The notes under the pieces: generated by a model
Seen by the model: the letters and a program-made list of their open reading frames with translations, nothing else
Databases searched by the model: none
Told to the model about the DNA's origin: nothing
Made by a program: the position numbers and the translations under genes
IMG/VR virus record: IMGVR_UViG_3300033069_000690
Location: 1-64,000 of that record
From: a virus
Taxonomy: Duplodnaviria; Caudoviricetes
DNA: 64,000 nucleotides
Direction: 5' to 3' (one strand)
In this document: one piece after another, positions 46,201 through 58,300 of the stretch
How the letters are laid out: each line of letters opens with the position of its first letter
Position numbering within the stretch: the stretch's first letter is position 1

Positions 46201-46380
46201 ATCCCACTCGCCGAACCAAGCTTTAAAGTTATCTGTGTAAACTCTAGCCCAAGCTTTAAGAGCATCATTACTATTACCTAATGTGTTCTTTAAAGTTTGA
46301 TAGAGTATAGACTCATTTCCATTAGGAGCATTTACCCTATTAACGTTACCGTGCTTATCGTATTTAATTTGACAACTCAT
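40288..46380 (-). CDS. giant polyvalent virion cargo protein (GNAT, 2 ART-like, zincin, PD-(D/E)xK nuclease)
   Basis: KGYGKDLY at aa ~153; IAYH at ~243; DENGEPRIFWHKG...YDPNQVKS at ~515; HEFAH at 705; GTIDLL...YDFKTG at 1018-1032. Confidence 0.85.
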   Translation of the reverse strand: MSCQIKYDKHGNVNRVNAPNGNESILYQTLKNTLGNSNDALKAWARVYTDNFKAWFGEWDNSSYIKEGVKELFDSNPELANAVYEALGFKNKLKTTLGKELEYKDPYVPQSRLKSFKQYEVLNESGDNIGTVVVEYRGNETVILHPKLNVTNKGYGKDLYKLISSKFNVEVQEWNEGAIANSDSAKKMWDSLEKEGSVKRIIDTEQGDNFRVLNYSNQLTPQQKQQAQELYSQYLDSIGVTNIAYHHSEEDISEFTSSSERYFQKELKKKNRYIPKLDDIVFLVKKPLTEEFMSKRKFIGSWGLKTPKTLQFSAGEKIGEGVHPGIDEGIFAGIEGNYDAIDFGRIRDNKTWSEVIAITNPKNAIKLGSKQDIEGFKAFKKSNEASEFNSLQKEYSNIIIDQVWKRLANEGIANTDSLIGTRETINNKDFNKFWSVVKDVDIQNVINFFKSEKQKALDSYSKYKGEFDPTTGTFTSNDTSFFDKKIKDLNTLLQQKQQEVSPEALDENGEPRIFWHKGDVVGEFNAELSSPTNTYGKGNYFAYTTDVANMEGKPGTPSAEGYFLRIQKPLVVEKTNNPDKAHENWKDIMRKVYKRTANSFDAIVDRNREVVVYDPNQVKSISNNGNFSTTNNNTKELRSTQNKRIGRVLVDHILHALAKAIKLDYEVVDFNEDPRTSQYRNNAGLYLNGKVLINKNRLSAEAPVHEFAHAFLKVIEQKNKVLYNNLVEQIKTSDVLTEVKALYPDLSEKDVLDEAIVTAIGRYGAGLVSSLPTMLVKAIKRFFVSLGKLVGIDTSVEVDGLSPTTTMFELASMMFNGRQLFDLDSDLTGSHELRFWNNGVDVTQEAAIATDDETYQMRSPSGAMNLLKRVTPLIDKIFNPYKSDGYEAYLAKREFKVQHQNVNGGKISLNNTMMDFDQAKEYFKSTSEQNRIKGKVIHKIFEKYFTDPSNPKYAQLDGELAALKAEYNQYDDSPFTFQWLNSKKLEEIRDYLGINSTDTVYTEFTVLDPETGLGGTIDLLIKHKDGSYSIYDFKTGSLKENEQAAYMKFGERFGIHWSLADRHKLQQTFYALMLKNKYPNIRFRDIGIIKPSQYDIEILRVDRDRFLGTLQEYFRENNPALLEKKPYLFNHKEYVALSRSLSADLDEVMKEGGVKNVFQARDILLLRLKKALEKLRKSGIDGKRPLTDEYVQNNMRVRDTEESLILKIAQLEGNEFGDYLSGMGTDMGFMERLTSVGYNVKNPLLKMFNKMYEEAKNLMTKERHDLYKKSDELVNKLLKAYYGNNQGKMLLDKLTRGALNLIDYEEVFRFMWEGDNVSGRKILTEYDKRFKELSPDEREYNIFYRDGIRDTMFAALSTKRGIEYYKQKLDNLSKDELLKYYSKDELRAKYEERIAYFKGLPEVEKWVDELGKGREYQEDMTPYIPKLPAELKGFREKTGQIKDWFWSNLTYTDFKAKNKDLFGLKPVGVPVKYLVSPFSYGAKGHSLHAEATFKMFVQNMKAKQHYDDIAVYGQALHDVLAYGTSNSGTEENSAVWVKNFVNNNIAEIYNDHRFGMGTEIKVGNKKVQLGKLTYAAMGVVTAAKLSWSTLGAASNAVLNYLYVTKEAVKGSIAKDLVGLDPSDIDWTVSDLVKAHGIYFQHLYNKNVLGKKDKWEEINQIYDFTQRQFNYNKSKENLAVASNRALDVKWAYLTYGIGDDVGYSITTIATLMRKKNIKTGLSIWDSYSFENGELKWNGGTRGRTENGDVIEGLSAQEIFSIKKANSRIMGEYDKSRKREMEGNALLSIFLQFHKYLPNVMERGWQGWKGDFENASLGKLVEVLDNETGKTVLDEDGNPLLRWESRLDKGSMLLASKVIGDAPGIRHMKLMVRALYAGEAIKLDSMNGGKEWKKLSPEQKQNVISLLLSWALWVGITGAMIAVYGDDDDDPRDPLKRRIANIKNDLTAEGNALELLRFLNKPTVLLPSLLEIVEGTNDVVFKGIINGERMRNGDMPGTKNLIKNIPFAGNSYMQNIQDPWWDKSSANAGRAR

Positions 46381-49300
46381 TAACAGCCTGTATTATTTTT
46401 AATTATATCTTGTATTTGTGCATTCTCTTCATCAGAGAAATTTACTTTACTCTTTTCTTGTTTCTTCAAAGTATAAGTTACATCTTTTAAGTTAGTATAT
46501 GTTTCACCGTATCTAGTTATCTCTTCCTTACCTCCTTGCTTAACCTCAGTAACTTCATAGTACTCTAAGTTATTATTGTAGAAGTCAGTGTAATCGTGTA
46601 CAAATACTGTGTCACCTACCTTAAGTAATTGATGTGGACTTACCTTATCAAGTTTATACGTTAGTTCAGGATTACCCGCTTCAGTTGGGGGTACTCCTAA
46701 AATCTCATGTGGTAAATTGAAGTGATCATTAATATAGTAACCTGTAGTTAGATAAGATAAGTTAGCATCATAACCTCTACTTTTTTTATTAACTCTAGTT
46801 ATTGTTCTATAATAAGCTACTTTACCCTCATCTTTGATTTTTACGGCTAAAGATTCTTTACCATTTACTTTATTAGTAGTACGTAAGAACACAGGAGGTT
46901 TAGCATACTTAATAGTTTTCTCTTCTTTAGATTTTTTATCCTCATACTTAACATCATTATAATCTAAAATGAAATCAGCTTCATGTGGATTAGTAATACC
47001 ATACGTCGTCATATTCTTTACAGATAACCATTTAATTGCTGGTAAGTATCTTTCTTGTTGTCCTTGATGTTTAGCAATTTGAGAAGGGTTATTTAAAGCA
47101 AATGAGATAGCAAAGTGATCTTTTATTTTATCAAACAAGGGACCATCTTTAATGAACGATTTCAATAAAGCATTATAAGTCTTAGCTTGTTCGGCTATAT
47201 CTAAAGGATCTAGTAATTGTGAGAAGCTCTTAAGACCATACTCATGACCATTTTCTAATGCGGAATACTTTACCAGTTGTTCAATAAAGAAAGGAGGTAA
47301 TAAGCTTAGATCATGTTTTAATTGAGCAGATACTGTACTATCATTTAGATTTGTACCAGCATTCCACTTAATTCTATATAGGCCTTTAGACTTAACAGCT
47401 GTTAACTTCTCTAAGAAAGCATTATGAGCATATTCACTATTAGAAGCTAAATCATTGATTACCTTTCCAAAGTGTTGAATCCAAGCATCCGCACCAGTCA
47501 CATAGAAACTCTTATCACCATTCTTTATTTCTAAAGGCTGCTTCCATATTGCATCAATCTCACTAGAATTAGATGCACTTGTAATAAGATAACGAGTGAA
47601 CTCTCTTCTTATTGTACTATCTATATTTTCTGTCTCGATACCATCTTCTGTATAAGCAGTTTTCTTCATATAAGACGTAATAAGATTTGCTAGTTTAGAG
47701 ATCAATTTAGGATTATAAATATCCACAGCATTATTAACCAAATCAAATGAGGTAATAAAAGCATCCTCAGCACTTGAGAATTGAGGCAATGACATGAAGC
47801 TACCATTAGCAAATCCAGTGTACTCTTTAGATTTATTAATCTTATCAATCATCTGTTGACCCTCTTCAAAAGTAACTTCAAAATCCTTAGTTAAATTAGC
47901 TACACTAGCTGCATTGCTCATAGCATCTACAACTGGTTGTAACTTATTGAACTCTCTAAATACCTTAACCTGAGTTAGCTTAGCTTTATGTGATAGCTTA
48001 GAATACTCATTACCTACCTTAGTAGATTCTTCTAAAGCTAAGATTAGATCTTCAGTAGTTAAAGGAGATCTCAATTCCTTTTTAGTAAACTTTTTAGCTT
48101 CTTCAGTAACCCATTTAGTTCTTTGCTTTCCTCTTAAGGACACTAAGTCACGTACAAGTACTGGTTGTCTCATGAACAATGTGATGTCATTTAAAGGAAC
48201 TCCTAATCCAACCATCAAAGCAATAGTAGGTCCTGTCTGGTTAGTAGCATTAATAATCTCTAATGCTTGTTCTTTCACGTTATCAATCGCACCATTGATG
48301 AGAGTATCTAATACTTCCCATACCTTTCTACCAGTAAAGCCTTTACTCTTCTCAGTCTTAGAGATAGAGTTGTAACCTTCATTTAGCTTAAGAGTAACTG
48401 CTTTACCTTCCTTATCAACCATGTGAGATCCTTGACTAACATAGTTAACATAAGCTAAAGCCTTAACGAAGTTAGCAAATGCTCCTGTTAATGCTACCCC
48501 AGCAAAGTTATCATTGTAAGTCTTTAACTGATCTAATAGATTGTTAGGATTACGTGTCTCATTCATATCAGCTCTTCCGTAGATAAGCTTCAACTTAGTA
48601 ATAACACCAATTGAGTTATCCTTGAAGATATTATTTTTTATTTCCTTATTAGTAATCTTGAATGTATTAGCTTCAGGATCAATAGCAATTACCTTACTGA
48701 TGTTCTCAGCAGTAATTCCCCACTCCTTAAACTTCTGTACAATCTCTATATCAGGACTATCTTGCTTCATTAAGTCTATAAACTCTGGAGTAACTGAACC
48801 ATCTTTACCATACACTTTAATAGATTTAGACGGATGATATAGTTCTAGATCTAAATCAAAGAAATCTTTCTTGATAGGGTCGAAAGAGATAGGTTGTCCC
48901 ATATCCTTTTCATTTCTATCATGCAATAACATATAAATCATTGCATAAGCTTTCTTATTCTTTAGTGTACCCTCATAAGCTTCATAAGCTAATTTATAAT
49001 TAGCTGTATATTCTTTTTTAATATCACGATCTATATCTTTACTATTCATAAGATCTTCATATTTTTTCATGAGTTCTTTATAAGTAGTTAGTTGCTTATC
49101 AAACTCATTAAACTTTAATTCAGTATCAGTACTACCCTGAATCATATTCATTTGTTCAAAATTATCAATTTCAAATCCATGGGGCCATCCTAATCTTTGT
49201 CCAGGCTCAACTACAATAGTACCATCAGGATTCTTTAAAGTTAATAATCTTTTAATACCACCTTCTTTCTTAAATAAAATCTCTGTACGTACAGCAAACA

Positions 49301-52300
49301 AACTATCCACGTCAAAGTCAGATCCATGCAAAGCTACAAGCTCTTCAGGAGCAATAATGATGTTACTACTAGAATTAGTAGACGCTACCACTTTAAAAGG
49401 AATAGCAGAGTGAATACCCGTTGTAGGGATACGCACTGCATATTGTAGTTTAGTTAGGAAGTCAGGATATACTATTTCACCATCCTTATAACCTTTCATA
49501 TTTAACCACCAAGCAGGAGCAATAACCTCAGCTACCCTTCCTGTGTAAGAGTTTACATCTGATTTCATTAGAAGCTTAGTAGGAACCATGTAAACAGATT
49601 CATCATTGATATCGTCTACCATTTCCTTCTCAGCATCAGTTAACTGTGAGTAATCTCTAATGAACTTTTTGTTCTCTTCCCATGTAGTAAAGTTATTGTT
49701 CAAAGCATATGCACCAAACTTAGCACGTAAGCCACGTTGAACAGAATGAGGTAATGTGTAGAACTTATCTACCATCTTCTTCTGTGCTTCAGAGAGTTGT
49801 TTATAAGTAAGGACTTGTCCACCTACTCTATGTACACCTACACCCTTAGGTGTCTGTAGTACAAGCTTACTACCTCTACCATGTACAGCTTTAATGCTTT
49901 TCTTAGAAGCAGATGACATAAAGCTAATATGAACCTTACCTACTAATGCGGGGAAGTTCAAAGGAACTACATACTCATTATTTTCTTTAGCCCCAAGTAA
50001 TTCAGCAAATCTTTCACTACCAGGTACATCACTAATAGATTCAATAATAAGTCTTCTAACTTCTTTCTCATTATAAGTAAATGTACCATCAGGATTCTTA
50101 ACATAATTTAAACGCTTTTTAAACTTATCAAATGATAGATTTGTAAGTAAACCATCTATCTCATAGATAGCTTTAGCTACATCAGCATTCTGACCATTCA
50201 CATTAATAAAGTAAGTCAACTGACTAAAGTTAGTAATCTCCCCCTCAGTAGAACGTGGATTAGATTGGATTGAATAATGTTTAGTAGGTACTATTACAAC
50301 ACCATTATGATCTTTATTAGATTCTAAGTGCTGGGAAATAGTCTCACCATTCTTTAATGTTCTTGCAGGTCTTCCTACCTTAAATGCAGAAGCCATATGC
50401 AATTCCATAATATTATTCTTTTCCATTTCTTGAGCTAACTCCTTAAGCTCAGGGAACATTTCCTGTAGAGCTGGTGTTAATTCAATACCCGCATTCTTAG
50501 AGAATCTAGAGATACCAAACTTATCAATGAAGTAGAGTACAGGCTTAATAACATCTCCTAACTGGTAGAAATGACTATAACCAGCCTCTAAGTGATTTCT
50601 CCATTTAGGAAGATAAAACATTTGAGCATCTGTTAATTTATAGTCAATTCCATATATACCTTCTAGACCTTTTGCAAAGTCATTCCATTTATTAAAATAA
50701 TGAGAATCATCATCTGCAACCATAATAGCAATCTCAGTAGGCATACCAATAACATCATTAGCCACTCCTAATTGTCCCGGAGATACAGGACCACTAGCAC
50801 GTTTAGTTAAGTCAGCATTATGTTTGTATTGTCCTATATCACCTGTGTAAAATTGGTTAATGAAATGACCATTCACATAGTTGAGTTTATAGAATTCTTG
50901 TACCGCTATATAAGTATGTAACATTTGATGATACTTATATTGAGGGTACTCTATATCACGTTTCTTTAACTGGGATTTAAATTGTTCTTCGTAGTTTTTA
51001 TAAGCACCATCATTAATGAGCTCATAAGTTTCTAATTTTCTAATTAGAGCTGCCATTAATGTTGGTGAGTTATGTTCAATATCTTCACCATGTTCTCTTG
51101 TAGAGAAAGCTTTATTTGAGTCTAAGTAAAAGAAAGCTTCATTAGCATCATGATTAAATCGGTTCTTAACCATATTTAGCAACTGCTTACGACCTTGATC
51201 TGTTTTTAACTTCTCAGCTATTTCTTTATCAGGTAACCCATCAAAGAATCTTAAAGTAGCTTGTTCCTTATCACCAGCTATCTTCATACCATCAGCATAC
51301 TTTCTCCCATTGGTTTCCACAGGATGACTAGCTAAGCTATCCATCCATTCTCTTCTCTCTATTTGTTGTGTTAGAGCTGCTATAATATGAGCATCTGTAG
51401 CACTATGAGAACTAATAGGAATCTCATGTCCATAAATCTTAGGCTTATTAGAAAGAGTATAACAGAATTGAATATACTTACCCTCTTTTAAGTTTTTAGT
51501 ATTTAACATAGCTTCAAAACCATAACTAAACATACGAGTAACCCACCCAATTGTTTGCTCGTTCTTATACTTAGTTGATATACTATCATCACTATGTGTT
51601 ACACCGTTAATTCTTAATTGGGTCTTATGAGAATCATGTTCTATTAATCTACCTAGACCTATTTTTAAGTAAGGATTATGCTTAAAGAATTTATATCCTA
51701 AGTTTTCCTTACGTAAGAAATCAGGCATTTGGAAAGCACCACCACGAGATTCCCTTACCTTAGTTAAGTACTCATGAATACGTGTTAACCAACTACCAGT
51801 TACAAACATATAATTACGTTGCTTATCTCCTGTAATATAACTAGTGTTACCTCCAAAGTTTCTAGTGGTAGCAATTATATCTACAATAGCTCCTACATAA
51901 CCATTAATGTCATTTAATAGCTCATCTTTTTTTCCATTAGTTGATAAGTCGTTATTTTTCACCAATTGGAATATATTTTTTAAAGAAGCTAGTATAACCT
52001 CACCTTGGTTCTCAGTACCAAAGAATTGTGAGAAGTTCTTTACATCTAGTAACTTAAATATTGACTGTACCTTGTTAACAGATCTCATATCCTTATTACC
52101 TATAATAGAAAGTACAGCATCTGCTTTATCTTTTCTAGTTTCATAATTAGACTCAACTACTTTAATAACTGATTCTTTAATACGATCATCAACAGATTCC
52201 TGAGCACCTATTGCACGATTCTTTATATACCTATGATACATCCTATATATAGGATTAGTATTCTCATCTGTTTCCCCATCCTCATTTTCTAAACGGGTAA

Positions 52301-55300
52301 TACCTACAAAAGGATCTCTAGTAATTAGGCTACCAATACCAGAACGTAATCCAGCAATGAAATCTGCTGCATGTCCTTTTCTATAAGTAACAAGTAATAA
52401 GTTATACAATTGCTCATTACTCATATCAGCTGTAGACTCTTTACCAATCATAACTGGATGAGCTTTGAGTTGTTTAGCTGCTTGATAAATAAATTTACCT
52501 GTATCTTGCTTTCTACCATCGCGCATAGAAACTTTAGAGTATCTATGGATGATATCACCATTCTCATTAAAGATTAATAACTTATTGTTAGTCATCTTTA
52601 TTAAAGGAGATATTCCTCTTATTTCCTTCTTTCCTTCCTTAGATATAAATTCGTACCTTCTTGAAGAAAAAGCTAAAGTATACATCTCCGATAAGAAATT
52701 AAATACAGCTTGAGCTTGAATATTATTTTTACCACCAATCTGATCTGCATTATAAGCTAGTTGTTTTAAGAAATATTCTGATGAGAAATCTGTACCAACT
52801 AACATTTGTTTAGCTAACATGAATACTACTGATCGTGGTATATGATGTATTACCTCTGTTTTAGTAATAGGTAAACCAGATTTGCTAATCATAGGTTCTC
52901 CCTTACTATTAAGTACAGGAACTTCTTTAGTTACAAACAATGTACTCAATAAGTTCTTTACATTTTCTAATAAGGAAGATGAAAAGTCAAGTTGATTAGT
53001 ATCTAAGATCTCATCACGTAATGATGGGTCTTGTAACATCTCCTCCTCTTCCATGGTTAGTTTATTACCTGAAGAAATAACTAAACTACGATAAACTTCC
53101 TTGAATACATCTAGCTTACCGTTATAAGTAAGCAACTTAGAAAGCCATGCAGGTACTTCTTTTCCTTCTCTAGTAAGTTGTAGCATCTGGTCTATGAAGT
53201 CTTGTCTAACAGCATCTTCAGCTTCTTCAATTGTTAAAGGTACATTGAATAAATCAGTAGTTGTTGCTTTAACTTCTTTACCATCTTTAGTAGCTTTTAC
53301 TTCTCTTACTCTTACATCTACTCCTCTAAAGGAACCATCCTTATTTGTGATAGGAGGCCATATCTTAACTCTAATAGCTTTTAATATAGCTTCTGTAGCT
53401 TTATTAAAGTTATCAACATGATCACCATATTCTTGTCCTCTAGTACCAAACCACTCTTTAATTTGAACTAAGTCAGCAGCACCTTCACCATTTAATTGAG
53501 CATTCTTATCAAAGTTATATACACCCTCGTCAATAGCTTCAAATAATTCATTTAACTGTTTCATTTGCTTATATTTAAAGCTGATAATACTTCTTAAGTA
53601 AATAAAGAATTTATGCAATGCTTTAGCTACAAAATTCATATCTTGATTAAAAGCTTGATACTGTCTAGCTAACCATTCCTCTATTTCCCTATCAGGGCTA
53701 AATTGGTCCCCCATAATATCTCTAGCTGTCTCCAACATACTAGAATACTCTTGGGCTGTTAAATAAGTTTTAGCTACTCTATGGAATGCCTCATGTCGTA
53801 GGATACGTGAATAGATAGTACCATCATCATTCGTTTGTAAGTAGATTATACCTCTCTCATAACGTCCCCAACGTGATCCTCCAAAACGACGGATCATATC
53901 TTCCCTAGTTAAGAATACAATGTTCTCTGGGTTAGAAGCAAACTTTTCACCAAATATCTTAGTAGCTGCTTTGATGATAGTATCTCTACTAACAGCAGGA
54001 CCTAAATCTTCCACACTTACAACTTCTTCTGCTAAATCATATCCATTAATATCTTCATCATCATCTGTATTAGAAGAGTTATTGTCAATATGTTCATCAT
54101 CAATATTAATTACAGAATCATTTACAGTATCTTCAGAAGCCCTCTGAGCTGGTTCTTCTTCACTTGTATAACCTGGAACTTCTGATGGAGTAGCTTGGTC
54201 TAGTATAATCTCAGTAGGCTCAATAGATTCTAAATCAGTTTCAAATTCCTCTGCCATGGCTTCCCAGGTATTTCTACGTTCAGCATCATCTTTATTAGGC
54301 ATACGGATCTCATCCATATTAGTTGGCATACGTAATCCAAATCCATCATTAACATTACTCTCTCCCTCAGATGTAAATGCTTGATCTCCAATCATCATCT
54401 CTAAGGTTTCTGTTGTTAGCGGTAATGATGTATGGTGAGTTATATTACCTTTATTATCTTTATGAGCATAAGCTGGTAGTCTACCACGCTTACCTGTATT
54501 AACCCAATCTTGAATGTCTTTAGCACCTAAAGCAGCTAATAAAGAAATACCAGTAAAGTACTCTCTACCTGAATCAGGTTTTCTTTTATTAACACGAATG
54601 AACTGACGCTCTCCTGTCTTAGTATTAAAGAAAGAAGAGTTAGCTTGTGCTATCCTATTAAATGTTTTTTCAGCAGGACCGCTAGCTCTTGAGTTCAAGA
54701 CCATGTTGTTACTAATGAAATCAATCATAAAATCAGTAGGATTAATATCAGCATTAGTTACTTGTCCTCTAGTTATTAAAGAACCGCTTTTCTTAAAGTT
54801 TTTATAAACACGTCCTTGATCATCCACAAGTTCTTTTACGTGAATGTCATAATTAGCTGGTCCACCTTCTTTAGGCATATCAATCTTGACATGGAGATTA
54901 TTATAATCAAATACCTTTCTCCATACTTGGCTTCCATCAGTTTTCTCTATTAAGAAGTACCCAGGATAATTTGGATGCTCTGTATACTTCTTACCATCAA
55001 TAGTTTTATTTCCTTCTACTACCTTACGGCTTCCTTTAGTTCCAGTAATTAAATACTTACTTAAGTAAGCACCATTACTCTCATCTACATTAACAGGAGC
55101 TTTAGTTTCATCTAATCCAATCTCATTACCTGTAATAGATTCATATACAGCTTCTCTAATAGCTTTGATTAAGTCTAGTACTTTAGCCGTATCTTCCTTA
55201 GCATCAGATAGCTTAGCCATGATATCATCATGAACTTTAGAACCCGTATTAAGGAAATGGGTAAACACCTCAGATTGCGTACGTTGGAATGTCTGACCAT

Positions 55301-58300
55301 CCTTAGTAGTATAATCAAAGTCCTCAACGAAATCTAACCCACCCATGATGATAGGATTACCACCAATAGTAATCTTCTCTAATATACTTTGTAGTTCCTT
55401 AACATCACCTAAGAACTTCTGTAATGGTGCTAAGAAGTTAGCATCAGTACCTTTATTAATTCTACGACGAGATAATGGTACATGTATAGTTTCTGTGTTA
55501 CCAGATACATGTTGAATATGTTGTACGTAGTAAGCAATACCAGGTTTAACAACTTTAGGATTAAAGCCCCTATCTCTTACTTCCTTAGCAGTGTAAATAG
55601 CTAAATCCCAAGACTCTCCTTTAGTATTAGAGTTACCTTTCATTAGGTATTTAACTATAAGGTCATTACGTTTAGATTTTAGGAACTCTGCAAAGTTTGT
55701 TAGAGCTCCCCAATTAAGTCTCTTGTTCTTTATAGTATTTACTCTAGCTCTACCTAAGATAGCGTCAGGATGAATAGCGATTTTTACTTTAGTAGTAGTA
55801 ACTCCTTTAAAAACTGTAGTTTCTTCTAATTCTGTAAAAGTTTCTGTATCCCATTCAGGATCATTTAAACGCTCTTTAAGGAAATCAGGAAGCTGATGTA
55901 CATCAGCACTGTTAACTTCGTTCTTACCAATAACACCTACCTTAGTAATAGTACCATCAGAATTTATCTTTAGAATAGTAACACCAAAAGCTACATTACC
56001 ATTAGGTAGATCATATCTAGTGCGTACATATAAAACCTCATCTCCCTGCTTAAGCATAGGAGCATCATCTTTAGATTGCTTAGTAGCGTAGGACTGTGGA
56101 TAACGAATGTTATGAACAGATCCTTGTATATCAATAGGTAGAGATTCTTCTACTATACTCTCTTCTTTTATAGATTCATTTATCTCTTCTTTATTCTCTT
56201 CTCTTACTTCCTCATCAGCATCTTCAGTAATTTCTGTATCTGTCTCATCCTCAGTTGTTGTAGTAGGAGTAGCTTGAGATTGTGCTGAAGCTTGAGAAGG
56301 GTTTGGTGTTAATCCAAACTCAGCTTTCTTCAAAGCTTCTAATTGATCTTCTAATGTTTTAACGAATGCATCTATCTCTTCTTGAGTAGGGGCATTACGA
56401 ACTTCATTAGGTAATAAGTTTTTACTGGAATTAGTAAATCTTATGTTATTACTAGCTACAGCTACAAAGCTAGTAGCACGTGATGTAGCTACATACATAG
56501 CTTCATTAAATCTAGTAAAATCTACTTTACCATTATTTAATGATCCTGGAGCAGCAGCTAGATCCCCAATTGGTTCTAAAAGTATATAAGCCTCATCAAC
56601 TGTGTGACTCTGTGCTTCTAGATAATTGAATACCTTAACATCAGTAATACCAAGTTTAGTTAACTGTGTTCTCATAGCTTCTGCTACCTGATCGTTGTTA
56701 ACAATTAATAACTTAGTACGCCCATTGTTCTTAGACTTCTCCATTAAGGTGATTAGCTGTTCAGCAGTTTGTACACCAGTAGTACCGAAAGAGTGATTAT
56801 CTCTATCAGTCATAGAGTACATAGCAACAGCATCAGGTATTTCTCCTTTGCCTTTGAACTCTTTCTGTAAGGAAATAATATCAACATCATCTGTTCTATA
56901 AGTAACAGTTAATGGATCAATCATAAACGTATTTACTAATGATGTAGACTCAGTGAAGGAAATAGTATCTCCTCTAGTAATCTGTGAAGGATCTCCTAGC
57001 ATTAGTAATTTTATAGGCTCAGATCTTAAAGCATTTACTTTAGCTATCTTCTCATTAATTTTTGTTAAAGTATCAGCAGTAACTAATCCTGCTTCGTCTA
57101 ATATGATTAAATCTTTTTTAGCTAATTCCGCCTCATCTGTAGCTAGGAACTTCTGTATAGGATTTTCCTCATCTATACCAGTAGTTTCACCAATAGAGTT
57201 AAGCAAAGTATTATTAGCAGACTTAGTAGGAGCTAATGCAATTACATTGTCTTTAGTAATGTTTAATACTTTAAATAATAACTTGATAGCTACTTGTGTC
57301 TTACCACTACCTGCAAAACCAACAAGAGAAGCGTTCTGTTGTCCAGAGTAGAACCAATCTACTAGCTGACGTAGAGCTATAATTTGTTGCTTAGTTGGGA
57401 TAAGATTAAAACTTTTAAACGCTGCAATCTCATTCTGTAGATGAGTAATAGTATTGAATTTAGATTCCACACGATTACGTAAAGCAGACAGAGCTACCAT
57501 ATCTTGATGTGTGTTTAATAGGTGATCAAAGAAAGCTATTTGTTGTCCCTCATCTACTCCTTCAAATCTACCTTCCGTCTGTACTATCTTCTCTAATCCT
57601 TTTATAAGGACAGATAAATCTGTTGACTTCCTATAATCAGAGATGATTGATTTACCATCGAATGCAATCTCAGGGTAGATAGCCATTAACACCTTACTAA
57701 AGAAACGCTTAGGATTACTTAGATAACCTACAATACCATTATTACTAACCCCATCTGTTTGAGTGGAACTAGTAGCTCTTAGAAATTCCACAACATCTAA
57801 CATCATAGAGTTATAAGTTGTTTTTAATTCCTCATTAATTTTATCAGTTAATGCTTTCTTATCAGAAGTATTATTAATCATACTCTCTAAAGCACCTAAA
57901 GCATATCCATGTTCTAAGTAATAAACACCATTAGCATCTTGTACTAGTAGTTTTCTTAATTCTTCTATAATCTTCTCTACTAAATCATCAGAGAACATTC
58001 CTAAATTATTACCAAGCACCTGATTAATATTTTCTGATGGCTCATAACTAATACCCATCTGATTTGCAATCGCTTGGGTACTTGTAGTATAACTCTTTTG
58101 TTGAGCTAAGTCCTTATCAGCAATACGTTTCTTTACTGCTTCTTGGGCTTCAGTTAACTTCTCTTTTAATTCATTAATAGTTTCACGAACATTCTTAAAT
58201 GACTTATCAGAAGTAGTCTGTAAATGCTTGTGATCATTCAATACATTCTCAAGCCACTTTAATCTCTTCTCTAAGTAAGAAAGATTAGATGTAGCTAAAT

